DNA of 63,683 bases, counting the filler, from Lenisia limosa (taxonomy: Eukaryota; Protista; Breviatea), in NCBI GenBank assembly GCA_001655205.1. It is 8 parts of 8 records of this genome, joined end to end, with 100 filler letters (N's around TTAATTAATTAA, not from the genome) between each part and the next. Parts side by side here need not be neighbours in the genome. Positions count along the whole stretch, not along the records: positions 33,988 to 56,127 come from LPNZ01008151.1; 7 more parts are not named here. The stretch is one strand, 5' to 3'. Shown here piece by piece: positions 36,726-50,220 of the stretch. A model generated the notes under the pieces. It was not told where the DNA came from and searched no databases. It worked only from the letters and a program-made list of their open reading frames with translations. Within the stretch, counting starts at the first letter, position 1. Each line of letters opens with the position of its first letter. The translations under genes and the position numbers were made by a program.

Positions 36726-36830
36726 TTTGGAGAAGAGGTTTAAGATTGGTTTTGGGAGAAGAGGTTTAAGATTGATTTTGGAGAAGAGGTTTAAGATTGG
36801 TTTTGGAGAAGAGGTTTAAGATTGATTTTG
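36726..36830 (+). repeat. ~24-25-nt tandem repeat x4
   Basis: ttggagaagaggtttaagattg(g/a)tt repeated four times. Confidence 0.9.
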
Positions 36831-36899
36831 GTTTTGGTTTTTCAGGCCACAAACATTTCGTGACCCCGAATCAAAGATAATTGTTCAAAAATGTAAAAC

Positions 36900-39800
36900 T
36901 GCCCCACTCCCTCCCACTGTTTTCAAAACTGCTTTGCGGAATTTCAAGCAAGACTTGCAAAAAGAAGCTCTACAGTATGAGCCAAATCAAACCACAAAAC
37001 AGTTATAGATAACAGGTCACAGAATAAAGATGAAACAATGGAAGTACTACGAACTTCTAATTGCCGATAGTTTCCATACATGGGCCTTTACTCGATGATC
37101 CCATCAAAGTACACCCCTTTCCGCTGAATATCACCATTTAGTTACCCACTTCTGCAGTTGCGTAATCTGGCGCGTTATACCCCCCCACGCTTTGCATTGC
37201 GGATCTGAAGTTAGGTTCTTCAAGCCAATACTCCATCATTCGAAAGAAGAAACCCCCCTTTCTGAAATGGTGGGAATTAGGACAAGTGCTGCCAATGGCA
37301 ACTTATTCACATCAAAGAACAACAGTCTATTATAATCCATACAAACCCATATGAAATCTTGTCAAAGTTTCCATATATCGCATGCTGGGATTTAATCGGA
37401 TGATAAAGTGCGTGGTCAGAAAACGACTCTGAAAGCACTGTATCCTGAAATTGGGTTAGTTTGGCTCATTAAATGAATCTTGAAGCAATAAGGGGATCAG
37501 CTGTGCTTGGAAAAACAATCGCCAAGTGAACACATTTAACTTATCCAGGAAAAAAACATACCACAAAATCCAGATGTAGGTGAAGGGAGTAGGGAGATGA
37601 CTCGGTTTGGCTGGAAAGGAGCTTGTACCTAAGGGTCAGAAACTGGGATTTGTTGCTGATATTGTGTGTTGTAAAAGAGACAATTTTATTTCTGATTATA
37701 ATGAATTATGAATATAAAATGCAAGATGGCTACTGAATAGTTATACTCTTCACCAACCCTTTGGAAAACCATTCGTTCTCTAAACTCAGCAAGGGTTACC
37801 CCCTCCCACTCGAAAAATGACGCCAAACCCTCATTGATCCAAAGATCATCCCAAAACGCCGCCGTAACTGAAACGTGAATATAAATCATTCCCCAGTTAT
37901 TATGAGTAAGGTTTCGTGGAAATCAGCAGAAGTGGGTTCAGAATTGTAATAGATATGCTACATATTCCTCACTTTGGTTGCCAAACCACTGGTGAGCAAT
38001 TTCGTGGTTTATAACCTGCAATGTGTGATGTGATTGTTTATCATATACTATCGATATCGAGCGAAGGCATCAAAATGTACACGCTACTTCTACCAGAATA
38101 GATTTCATCCCATTTTATTGTGACCCCCCCCCCCCCNNNNNNNNNNNNNNNNNNNNNNNNNNNNNNNNNNNNNNNNNNNNNNNNNNNNNNNNNNNNNNNN
38201 NNNNNNNNAGAGAAACATCCTAACAGTTTTAAATATCACTCTATTTTTGTTTTTTTATTTAATTTACAATTTGATAACTGACATCATGGACTTGGTGTAC
38301 TAATTCAAAAATTATCATACACTCACTGAATTTTGGGTAATAGGGTAGAAAATTTCACCCAATCACCCTTACCTGTTCTTCAAAAGACAAAATGGTTACA
38401 TTAGTGCCCATCTACATGATAAGAAACGTTCCCAAGACAATACCGTTGTGAGACCAGATCGAACGTGGTAGCTTTCTTGGGTCATAACAAGGGATAGAAG
38501 GTACGTTGACATTTTAGGTGTCTTCTCGAATCTGATGTCTTTAGATTAACCTCTCCAAAGAAATGAACAAGTCTGTACACATGGATATTCAAACATTCCT
38601 TATTTACCCTAACTTGGTAACAACCCACGAACTTCACAGATGACATGCCATTTTCGGTTTTGGAGATACCTGGTGTTGTGCTGAAGGCCTAATGAGTCAG
38701 TGTCTCCATCACAGTCATTGTCCATCAAGCCTAGCCTGCCAACCACGTGTGATAGTTAGGGCTTCACTTCAGTTTGAAAAAAAAGATTTTCTCGATAAAT
38801 CCTCGAAAATCCTCGATATTTTATCAGTACTTTTCGAACCGAAGTGAAGCCATTGTGATGGTTGATATTCCTATTAAATATGAAGCTTTGCTTCCACTCC
38901 TGATTTTCATGCGAAAATCACAAGAATTATTAACACTTGCGCAGAGGCCCACCAACATGGAATTCTGGTACTGTTGAGGGAAACGAAACGTGAAGCTGAA
39001 ATGTTGCCTGAAGTAGTCAGCTAAATACCAGCTTAATGGAGAGTTTGTGTACTATGAAAAAATGACAATATCATATTATATACTACCAACAATGGGATCA
39101 GTATCCTGCATTGGCAACTACAGACCATGATCGAAATCTCATCTGGGGCCCCAGGTGTTATTATCCCTCCCTTGCACCTTAAAAGTTGGCTCGTCGAAGC
39201 AAGGTAGAAGCATTCGAGCGCCAATCGGCTGGAACTGCGAACCAAATGTCCGAGAGGTCCCGTTTCTGCCTGAGTAAATTTCCGAAAGCGTAAATGATAC
39301 TCATTATCCATAACCTACCCCATGGCATATAGTCCAAAAGGATTGTTGAAAGCGTCCCTAGGTATCGAATAGCCAATTTCACGTCTTGAATGGGAAGCTA
39401 GGTTTTGATAAATGAAGCATTATTGGTGGATTTGGTGCAAATTTACATTTTTAACCTAAATTATGAGCATATAATCACCCTCAAAAGCTTAATGAAGGAT
39501 CAAAAAGCAGTAACATTTCAATGTGGAGTATCAACCATGTCCTATTCTTCTATACCTTCTTTATACTGAAATGGACTTTTATAACGTTGCTCGATAACAG
39601 CTCACCTTTTCTGTGCACTCTAAATACAACAGATCTAAACGATAAATAGCATAATGAAATCACGAGCAGAAGATAAGGGCTGGGTTACACCAATAGATGG
39701 ATACTACAATCCTATGCAGTTTGTATAATGCCACCTAAAACCCCCACCGTTCTCGTGTTTTTCAGCATTTAGATAGACTTTTGATGAAGAGTAACTCAAA

Positions 39801-40830
39801 ACAGCCTCTTCAATAACCAAGTCTTTTGCATGGAGCACCACATGCCTTAGAAATTAGGTGGGGCATCTGAAAAAACTCCATTGTCCAATTTTTCTGATGC
39901 TATTGTGATATTTTCAAATGAGTAAACTATTATCATGTCCTCTCACTTGGTTTCTTGGAAAATCTCTAGAGTCACCTCTAAAATGCCCTCAAAGGAAGTC
40001 ATCTCTTCATTAAATCTAAGAAAATTAAGCATTTTCTCAGGTTTTGAAAGGCTAGTATGACTTTAAGCAGAATGCAGTGAATAGACAGCGGCATAAGACA
40101 TAATATTCTCTATATATTATAATAGATATGATATAGATATATCATATAATATGTATGTATGATAACAACACTAGTCACGTGTACATATTCATGTTTAAAA
40201 CTGAATCACTATTTCCTCTGTACCTTACTGAGCATAAAAAAGGTATTCTAGTACACTCACATTAAAATCCTTTACACAATGTGGCATTTTGCACCCACGA
40301 TAAGATGACGTCATAGTGCACTGGTAGTACGGACGTAGGAAGCCGAAAGGTGGGTGACGTATCTGGTGGTTATGAAGGGGATGTTACTGCGTCAGTATCT
40401 GAAGGGGGTGCGACAATGCATATCTACGGGGAGGGGTACATCGCATGATTGCTCAAGTGAGATTAAATACGTCGTTTTACCAGGGTATTGCACCTTTAAA
40501 TTAAATCAAGAGCTAACTGGTATTATTCAAATTGATATTCGTAACTCCATCCTTCCCACAGCCAACCTTTGAAAACTCCATCATCAAACGTCACGTTGTC
40601 CTTCCCCGAACTCTCCGATTCTTCAAAGATGGCTGGGCAAATAAAACTCCAAAAGTAACCGTTATAATTGACCACATCTTTTTCATACTGAAGCCCAAAC
40701 TATCCAGAAATAAGTGCCAACTAGAGAGGGACAGTATCGCAATTATGAAGATGAATGTGACTGCGGCACAAATAGCTCCATGGCCTAATGACAGAAATGA
40801 TGATGCCTGCGAATTAGTTATACTGTTATT
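36900..40830 (-). CDS. M1-family zinc aminopeptidase (boundaries approximate), possibly membrane anchored
   Basis: FRLPTSVLPVHYDV, SQFQPIGARMLLPCFDEPTFK, FEKTPKMSTYLL, INHEIAHQWFGN (HEXXH) followed by WDDLWINEG (distal Glu), FDKISYGKGG; GAMEN not seen, probably in the gap at 38137-38208. Confidence 0.88.
38757..38854. mobile_element. MITE family A copy in aminopeptidase intron, near-perfect 8-bp TSD
   Basis: GTGATAGT + tagggcttcacttcagtttgaaaaa...ttttcgaaccgaagtgaagccatt + GTGATGGT. Confidence 0.88.
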
Positions 40831-41686
40831 AGGCTGAATCATGTATGGCGCGAGATAGTGGGGAGTAAGCAAGTGGTTTCAGGCGCGGATCAAATCATAG
40901 TAGCAACCCCTCCAAAAGGCCTACCGGGCTCGACGGTGGAGCATCCATAACAAAGGATTCCACTGGTACAATAGTGTTATTGTGGCTTTCAAGGGATGGA
41001 GATTGTTTTAGTTAAGCAATTGCAAGAATAATATAAAGAAAAGCGAGCAAGTTATTACCCATCAATGTTACTTATAAACGTGATGGGGTCAGACAGATGC
41101 TCCAATTTTTCTTTCTTATCCCCCCCCCCCCNNNNNNNNNNNNNNNNNNNNNNNNNNNNNNNNNNNNNNNNNNNNNNNNNNNNNNNNNNNNNNNNNNNNN
41201 NNNNNNNNNCCCAAGATTTCTTCCGCTTTAGATCCTAAGATGTCTTCTGCCTTAGATCCTAAGATGTCTTCATTGCTATCGGGTTGGACAGGGTGGGGTA
41301 AGTGATAGGTAAGGGCAAGATGTGGAGGAGTGAATGCTAAGCTAAACGCTGGCTCAAAATGACTAACTATCTATAATCTGTGTGATGAAATGATGAAAAG
41401 GAAACGATTGGATGGAGATGGAACTGTAAGAGGTCAAAAACGGCTGTTATACCCAAACCTGGGGGGTTTATATACTGACCGTCATGGCCCTGACTGAGAA
41501 ATCTGCTTTAGGCATTGGGATCGAGAGAGTAGATCAAAAGATCTTATTAAAATGAACAAAGAAACAAAGGAATCAAGAAGGAATCATCATCAGGCAGGAG
41601 GTATCAGGAGGTGAAGGAAGAAATCAGGAAAATAAATAAGATCAGACCAGAGGAAAAGCAGAAGCGCTGGAGACACGTGGTAAAAG

Positions 41687-43943
41687 ATGGCGAGATCTCC
41701 GCAACAAAGAGATATGTTTTCCTCTATCGCATTTATCTTGGCTTTATTTGCTGTTAGTACATTGGTGCAAGCGGTGTCAATTACGTAAGCGCTTTCCCCG
41801 TTCTTATACTTCTCTTGCTGTTGTACTAATTATTGGATAATGTTAATCTCAACTTTGAACGGACGTTCTTATTCTTATACACCGAATATATTGGTTAAAG
41901 ATATCGCAGAGAGAAGTAACAAAATAAATTTCGTACTAACCCTGGCCTTCTGTCGTCTCATTCCCCAGACTGCCCAAAGGCACTAGCACCGCAGACCCCA
42001 CAGAGCCGCAGGAGGTTGTCCCCCTCCATATGCTCTCACAAGCGCTCGGTAGAATCTCTGTACTGGAAGAAAAGGTGGGGTATTTGCTGTAATTGTGTGT
42101 GTGTGTGGTTCCGTACACTTATATCAAAAAAGATAGCTATCTTGCCCACATCACCTCCCTAATGAAATACTGTTAACGTTCAGGTTGCCAATTTGACAGC
42201 TTTGTTCGGCACCTTTTCTGTTGGGTTATCAGAAGGTAACCCCGCGTCATCCTGCTCCGAAATCAAACAGTCAAGTCGTATGCTTTAAACCATAAGATTT
42301 TATTACGATATCTGTCACCCCCCCCCCCCNNNNNNNNNNNNNNNNNNNNNNNNNNNNNNNNNNNNNNNNNNNNNNNNNNNNNNNNNNNNNNNNNNNNNNN
42401 NNNNNNNNNNNNNNNNNNTCAAGCCACTTAGTGTATGCGGTGCATCAATCATGAAACTAAAAGAAAATAGTTCGTGACTATGTTCAAATTGGCTTCTATC
42501 TGATATTCGTCGTCTTTTTCTTCTTTGTGAATAGATATTGTAATGCCTACCCCCAGTACGCAGCCAGTTTGGCGTACTGCGACTTCTCCGAAGACAGTGG
42601 AGGGTGGCTGTTGGTTCTGAACTACTACCACAAGCAAGGCACTTCACCTGTCCACTCGGTGAGTCGGGCCTGCTGTGTTTATAGCGTTTTGACGGGCTAA
42701 TATGAGGACAGTTACTGGAAAACATGTATGAATATGGATGTGTGTGTGTGGGGGTGATATGGCAGAACTTGATCCGTTATCTTACAAGACAACATGCTTT
42801 TTGTTTTGACGTGTATTTTGTATATTTACATGCTTTTCTGAGATGGTAGTACGTTTAGCTTCTGACTGTTCAGCTTTTGGACGAATCTTTCCCCGCCTTC
42901 AACACTCACAATCTGGGCTTTGATGGTAGCACGGTTGGGGGGTGTCAAATTCAAAACATGGTCGTACTATGGGTATTGATTGATAAGTGCCAGTGCTGTC
43001 AATGACCGACAAGGTTCCAGCAGAGTGGGGACATGCAACTACTGGTCTCCTTGGACAGCTGAGCTTCTCCGAAATCAGATTCTATTGCAAGGTATTGTTG
43101 ACCACCATCGATCCGCTGTCTTTTGATTTGATGAAATGACTAACATTGATACACTTCTGCTTCTGTGCCAGACGTATTTTTTTTTTCTCATGATAATTGT
43201 GTATAATATTTTGTATCAAAAAGTTCTGCAGTAACCCACAACAATTTACAGGGTGCCTTGACCCAACAAAATATCCATTTCAAGACTCCCATTGTGGACT
43301 ATGCCAAAACCGGCACGGGATCGTTCACCGGTGTTAAGGTGAGAGAGGAGGGTTCTCATCTGTGAACACAGCAGGCACTCTTAAATCCGGGAAACGTTGT
43401 GAATTGTTTTTCTCAGTACTATTAAGTGTATTACCATGACGTTGCAGTACTCTTGTACAATGGCTCCAAATCGGACATAATGCTGCACTAACCCTTCAGA
43501 CAAACTTCGTCCCGCTGACTGATCACTATTCATCCGGGCTCCCAGGATCCGCAACCAGTTACTACAACACAGAGAAATATCCGATTTCGAACTTCCCATT
43601 TTATGGAGGGTCTGATCATTTCCATGTATAGGGTGTAAGAGTAGTTTATAATAGCAGTGATCTGTATATACGTACAATCATATGACCTATGGATAGCGGA
43701 TTGGGGGGGCTCTTAATACTTGAAACTTCTTGATGGTCTTGGTATGTTAACTGATCATACAGGTTGGTGATAACGGAGGGGGTGACTACTACTATTGCTG
43801 CAACACCGATTACACTGCTGACAGTAATATGCATTTCCAAGTGGGGAGCGGTATCCAGAACTAGTGAATAGCGCTTAGCTTTATAGTTACTGATCACTGG
43901 ACCGTGTTGAGCTACAATAACACTGTAGGTTTACGTACGTTAA
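41687..43943 (+). CDS. Secreted fibrinogen-related-domain (FReD-like) protein
   Basis: Signal-peptide-like MFSSIAFILALFAVSTLVQA; GNPASSCSEIK; YCDFSEDSGGWLLVLNYYHK; EWGH...EIRFYCK; IHFKT..DYAKTG; last exon VYVR* (43929-43943). Confidence 0.72.
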
Positions 43944-44249
43944 GTCTTAGTATTTTTTATGTCTGTTCTTTTGTAGACGTTATGTATATTGTATTGTATT
44001 ACCTTTATAATTACATATGATACACTACACATCTATAATACAGTGTGTGTAATATATCATATATATTATATGCGTGTGCATACTTTCCATATGATGTACA
44101 TAGTATAATAACATATTATAGAATGAAATAGAACACACGTACAGATAGTAGTTTTATTTGGCAAAGGACAAATTTCATAATATGTCTTGAATCCGCTAAG
44201 TGTGTTACTAGTAGTTTCTTAAAAAAACAACCCTCGAAAACGCCCGAAG

Positions 44250-45972
44250 CTACGCCATTCCGACTTGTTCGGCTTTGGAGCATAAAGGAACATATCGAAC
44301 TCCTGTAATCCCCTATACGTGTCAAGCGGGGTTCGACGCCATTGAAACAGTAAGTGTATACGCGCCATGGAAAGGTGTAGTAATGACTCGGCTTTATAAG
44401 TGGTCATAATGCGTATGTATATGTAGCAAACCTCTTGCTCAAGCTTGCCATCTGCACCCTTAGTAACTAAGACCAATTCCTGACCGATCCCATAATCCAC
44501 AGGGAGAACCTGGATTGTAAATAGCATTCAACGCAGACAACCGCTGAATTTACATTTCACTGTGATTGCCACATGTCTTTTAGCTTTTCTCATCCAACAT
44601 ACAAGTTTTCCCTCGGGTGCAAGTTGGTCGATGAGGGGCTTGTAAATCTCTACTTTTATGAGGAAACAGCCCAATAATGAGGAAAACAATAAGAGCATTG
44701 AAGCCGTTGAATGTCATATCAGAGATTACAGAATTCAATCATATGACATGCCAGCAGTTCGTATTAGGACAATAGCCAACCTTTGGCCGCCGCTCCGACA
44801 TGAATCACGTCATACGGGGCATTAGGAGGATATCCTGAATAGATCCGTTATTCTTGATAATTTGAAATGTGGTAATATGTAAGTATATCTATGTATATAT
44901 TTGAAAGTGAAGCATACCTTGCCTCCCGTCAGCAATCTCAATTGTGATTCTTGACCTAATGGCTGGATCGAGCTAAGAGGTTAGGATGTAATTTAAAATT
45001 TATTCGCTCAGCATAAATATGTAACCTTGTTCCCACCTTTGCAATGTTTCCCTTTGAAAACTCGACAATTTTCGGGATATGGTCAATACCCGTCACGTGA
45101 CCTTCGGAACCTACCTAAATGGCTCAAAACGGAACTCAGAAGGTGTTTTTTTTCCTTAAGAATTCGTGACATTAAGCTTTTCGGCAAAGCATCTTTTTCG
45201 GATTACATTTACTCGATAATATTATTCATCACTTTGATATGCAGCCCCACAAAATATTTTAGGTATTCTACTCAACTCCGCCACCCAACCATGTGAGCCA
45301 AACAAGCAGTTAAGTAGCCTGTGCCAGAGCCAATATCAAGGACATTTGCTCCTTTGAAGAGAGAGGGTCTCACTGCCTCCAAANNNNNNNNNNCTGAAGG
45401 GGATGAAGATTATCCTGATATTCAGCATTACTCCCGTCATTTTAATGAAGGTGTCACAAGGGTTCCAAGTAGATGTGAATGATCGAGATGAGTTTGAATT
45501 TGAGCGACATACCATATGGGGAGCTGAGCATGTGGCATTGTGGCCAATGTAGAGCGGAGAGTCGTGATATGCATCATATGGTCTGGGTGAATGGTGGTGA
45601 AAAAGGGTCCAAGTGATATGTACTATATCCATATATCCACCATACCTTGTCCCTTTTGGGGTGAAGTGCCCCCTGTCTATTGCAAGCATTGTGTCAAGAA
45701 CATCTTGGTGCTTGATCAGTTTCCCCCCTGGAGGATAAACTCACGAACAGCCTTTGTTATAGCTCTTTGCCTGACCAAAACGATTCTGATTGTACCCTTT
45801 TTGTGTTAAACTCCGAATGGATATGTTTCCTGAAAACAATAGAAGAAAACCCCGCCTACGATGGAGATTTTCAACAAGTTCTTTGTTGCTATCCCCGCTA
45901 CACCTCCTTGGAAGTCAAATAGACCAAGACGACAAAAATAAACACTTCAACTTAAATCACACACCATGCCAT
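44250..45972 (-). CDS. PCMT1: Protein-L-isoaspartate(D-aspartate) O-methyltransferase, complete
   Basis: MAWRCSGDSNKELVENL..., DSPLYIGHNATCSAPHM, VLDIGSGTGYLTAC, GIDHIP, DGRQGY..APYDVIHVGAAA, LIDQLAPEG, GVRYVPLCSKAEQ. Confidence 0.95.
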
Positions 45973-46649
45973 TGTGGTGAAGAACTTAGGGGCAGACGCA
46001 GCACTAAACGAAGGAATAAGAAACGGTCTGCTTAATATTGTGGCTAAAACGATAATTGTCAAGAGAGGCTTTGTGATATGACTGAGATGGAACATGTATT
46101 GGAAGACTGCTAAGTGGCTTTCTGATGATGCTGATGATAATGTTTGAAATGCTACTGAATATTGATTGTTATTATTGAAGAACTGATAAATCTATAAATG
46201 ATTGTTGGACTTTACTCTTTGACAGACACCACTTTCCACACTTTCCACACTTTCCAAAAAGGAAAGTCAAAAGCCCCGGCGTGGATGGATTTTGCGTGTA
46301 CGCCACACGTGTCATGTTTGTCATTCACCCATATTGACCAGCCACCAGCATTCACTGTTTCTCTGTTTCTCTTCTTTGTTGTTGTTTTTTTGAGTGTTTT
46401 GTTGGGAGGTGCTTGTTGCTTGATCCTTTCTACAGCCCCCCAGCCCCCCCCCCCCCNNNNNNNNNNNNNNNNNNNNNNNNNNNNNNNNNNNNNNNNNNNN
46501 NNNNNNNNNNNNNNNNNNNNNNNNNNNNNNNNNNNNNNNNNNNNNNNNNNNNNNNNNNNNNTCGTTTTGATTGTTCCTCAACTCTAAACTCCCCACCATT
46601 GCCTTATAGAGCCCCTTTCTGTTTTATAGAGTCCCTTTCTTTAGATAAA

Positions 46650-49600
46650 ATGGTCTGCCATTCCCCCGTCTGTGGTTTACAGTGTTTGCAAACATGCCCG
46701 TTTCGGTTCTTTGAAGATAGGGCCACCCGTTACGAAGAAGTTANNNNNNNNNNNNNNNNNNNNNNNNNNNNNNNNNNNNNNNNNNNNNNNNNNNNNNNNN
46801 NNNNNNNNNNNNNNNNNNNNNNNNNNNNNNNNNNNNNTTTCAAGAATTTTGATCCAAATATGAGGAACTCCGATGTTGGCCACGTCTTTCATTGTTGTCA
46901 TAATATCTACATAATTGAAAGGATAATATTATCGTATTAAGACCTTATTTCAAAAACTAGATATATATATGTCGATATATCGCTTTCTTATTATATATTT
47001 GCTGCTTCTTTGGGGTAAGACCAGCAACTAACCGCTATTGGGGAACTTACACGACACAGAATCGCACACTATTAATGAGTGTTTGCCGCAACGATGCTCC
47101 TAGTTTTCTGTCCAACAATCTAAACGTCAGCATCGAAATGACCAGGGTAAGTGTCTCATAAACTTGGATATTTTTCAAGGAATATTGTACATGTATATGA
47201 TATGATAAATAATACCGATATATGTTTTCACCCAGCTGATTGGTTTGACCCAGTAGATTGCTGAATTTTTGATTCACCTTGGGGCCGATGTCAATGCCAC
47301 TGATAACTTTGTGGGAGAACAAGAATGATCAACTGATCCTTGTCAAAAAGAACTAATTATTTATTCTTGGGTTGTTTGTGTTTGTCTTATTAAACAGGGC
47401 AACAGTGCACTTCACCATTCATATCTCAACAAGCCCACAAAGAAATGTATTGTTAAGGTTGGTCATTATTGAAGCACCTTGTAGAACAAAAGTATATGAT
47501 ATGTTGTTTTGACAAGAGAATCTGAAGTATAGAGATGAAAATACGTTCATATGAAAATGTATGTAAATAATAATATATATATTACTATATCATATATGTA
47601 TAGTCAAAGCTCCAGACATCATTTAAAATTCCCGGACACATCAAAACTCCCGGACAGCTTGAGTTTTCCATACAAAATCACCATAAACCACCTAGAAACC
47701 CTATTTCCCTTCTGTTTTTGAAAGTAATCTCAATATTTAATCAAATAATGAAACCCCAATTTAACATATTATCGGGTCAAAACCAAATTAAGTCCTTAAG
47801 CTCTCTATTTACGGTCCAAAAACGGTCAAAAACAAGCAAAAACCGTTATAAAAGGCCACATTCAAGGAATAAATGGCAACTATCCGGGAAAGTTTACCCC
47901 TGTAGACAGTGCTATTTTTAGCATTTTTTCCTCAAAATTCACCATTACATACCCGGAACCAATTACTCCGAGGGGTACAAATTTTTGTTTCTTAACACTA
48001 AAAGAGGAAAAAAACCTGTGAAAAGGCAAAAGGGGGACCCCCGGAGACCAAATTCACGGATTTTTGACATTTGCTCAAAATTGAAAAAAAAAGTTAGGGA
48101 ACATTAGGAGGTCCATTTCTCTATGTATCTGTCGAAGCATTTTTCAAAAACACAAGCAATGGCCAATACAAGGTGTCAACTTCAAGCTGTCCGGGAGTTT
48201 TGATGTGTCCGGGAATTTTGAATGATGTCCGGAGCTTTGAGGACCCACATACTATATAAGATTCCTGGCTTTTTTTTATGAAAATAGTCAGTACTGATAT
48301 GTAGTGCCTCATCGCCAATGGAGCCAGCATGCAGATCAAAAACAAAGATGTTTGAAGGTCTTAAATTTTGTTTTACTTCATATGTATGTAGTCTATAATA
48401 TATGATATACTACTGTATTATATAATATGATATTATGTATTACATGAAGTATCTGTTTTTCATGCATAATTTTCAAACAGCTTCAATTAGATGATGTTTG
48501 CTTGTATATTTTTTACCATTTGAAGGGTAAACTTCCCAATGAGCTCAACTTTCGGTCACACTTCCACCACGGACTCAACATGACACAAGTAAGGCTTTTC
48601 TTGAATCTTTTTGGGATTGAAGGGCTTGATCATTATTTAGATCGCCTTATTCACCAATCTCCACCAGAACGGCCTTAGGGCTGAGTCTCTTCAGCTCTCC
48701 AATTATGATTACTTAGTAGGCTGCTGTCCGCTATAAAGTTCGTTGTGATTTTCAATCTGAAGTTTTATCGCTGCTTATGACGCCTGATAGTGTATTTTTT
48801 GTTATGAAAAACGCAATTTGTCATTTCAGTTCTTTTCAATGGAAATAATTCATTTTTAGGGAAGAAGAGCGCATTTAATCGGATCGATGTTTGGATTAAT
48901 ATGTCCAGAAAGACAGTATCATGTTAAAGATGCCTTGGTATGGTAAAAAAAACCCAGTTATACACACTGTACGAGACTATTTCAAATATTTTGAGTGTGT
49001 TTCTATTTTGATACAGTTTATCATAGGCTGCATAAATACCAGCATCTTACAAGAGTATTTCTTTTGCTGTAGATGAAAGCCCCAAGATCCGCTTTCCTTG
49101 ACAATGGTCTAGCATCGCAATGTATTCCACTACGCTGCTCTCTATGGTTGCAGTGAATTGGTCCGACAGCTCTTCGAATGTCCCGACCCCTCAGCCTCCT
49201 ACTCCTCAGAACGAAGTGATGTATATGTTGGAAGGGGTGGTAGGCCTGTCATTACTGAGCTGTTAGTTTTGGATTTACTTCGTTGAAGTATGAGGTGAAC
49301 TTTCCAGATATTTGAGTTTTTTCTCGAACAGTTCTTGATGGAAGAAGAAGGACATAATCTTTGACTTATAAACAAAAGGATTCGATTTTGACCAAATCAG
49401 CGCATGACACCCCTGTCTATTGCTGCGTTTGAAGGGCATTTGGATACCGTCAGAGTCTTCATGTATTACAAAACGCCCCTAGAAGCAATAGTAAGACCCA
49501 GCCTCAACAGACGCACATTCTTTCGTTATAATCACATTCCTCTTATAATCTTGCACAACAAAGCCTTCCATTTGACCAGATAGCTCTATCGCAGAACCCG

Positions 49601-50030
49601 AGGGGCCCGTCGACATTATCCGCAAGATCTTCAGAGAAGGGTTTGTCGAGTTCAATCTAATTGTTTTTAACGGTTTCAGCCTCAATTCCCCGACGTCTAT
49701 CGCTATTCTTTATTCTGGGCCTTATGCTCTGATTCATTCGAAGTTGCTGCCATACTTCTTTTCAATGGAGCAAAAGGTATTGAAGTTGTCGGATTGGATA
49801 CATAATATTGAGAACAATCTGAACGCAGAATGGAGGTGAAAATGCGATTCCTCTTTTCTTACCGCCTAGGTATTACTTTGATCAAAGAAGAGGATTTCTT
49901 TGACGCTCCTCTGCCTCGAGATGAGGCGGATATAGAGCTGAGGAAAAAGGTAGACATATATTACATTTTATTGAGCAGTTCTGGAGGTACCACACTATTT
50001 CCCCCATCTTACCCTCCCCTCCATCTTAGG
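46650..50030 (+). CDS. Ankyrin-repeat protein (start uncertain; 3' end at gap)
   Basis: EFLIHLGADVNATDNF|GNSALHHS, LIANGASMQIKNKD|GKLP, HRNVFHYAALYGCSELVRQL, RMTPLSIAAFEGHLDTVRVF, EVAAILLFNGAK. Confidence 0.8.
47605..48248. mobile_element. Family D element, complete copy in ankyrin-gene intron
   Basis: ~55-60-bp TIR caaagctcc(a/g)gacatcatt...cggacagcttga at both ends; AT-rich flanks; no coding potential recognised. Confidence 0.92.
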
Positions 50031-50170
50031 TGCTANNNNNNNNNNCAATGCTGAATTGTTGACAGGGTGCCACATCAGTCTGATTAAAACATACTATTAT
50101 CCAACCCAAAAGTGAAACCATAGGAACTTAACTTGGTGGTGGAGGGAGGGAAGCTTGGAAGAGAGGAAGG

Positions 50171-50220
50171 GAAGAGAAGGGAAGAGAAGGGAAGAGAAGG
50201 GAAGAGAAGGGAAGAGAAGG
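50171..50220 (+). repeat. (GAAGAGAAGG)5 tandem repeat in a purine tract
   Basis: Read directly from the sequence. Confidence 0.9.

Noticed and set aside
43381-43897. Minus-strand ORFs 43381-43677 and 43646-43897
   Set aside because: Antisense to the final exons of the fibrinogen-related gene.
49330-49400. Two in-frame TGA codons upstream of an ankyrin repeat, suggesting TGA reassignment
   Set aside because: The stretch ends in ttttgaccaaatcag, a branch point plus acceptor, so it is intronic. TGA also ends another gene model (27219-27221), and Trp is encoded by TGG in the conserved genes.
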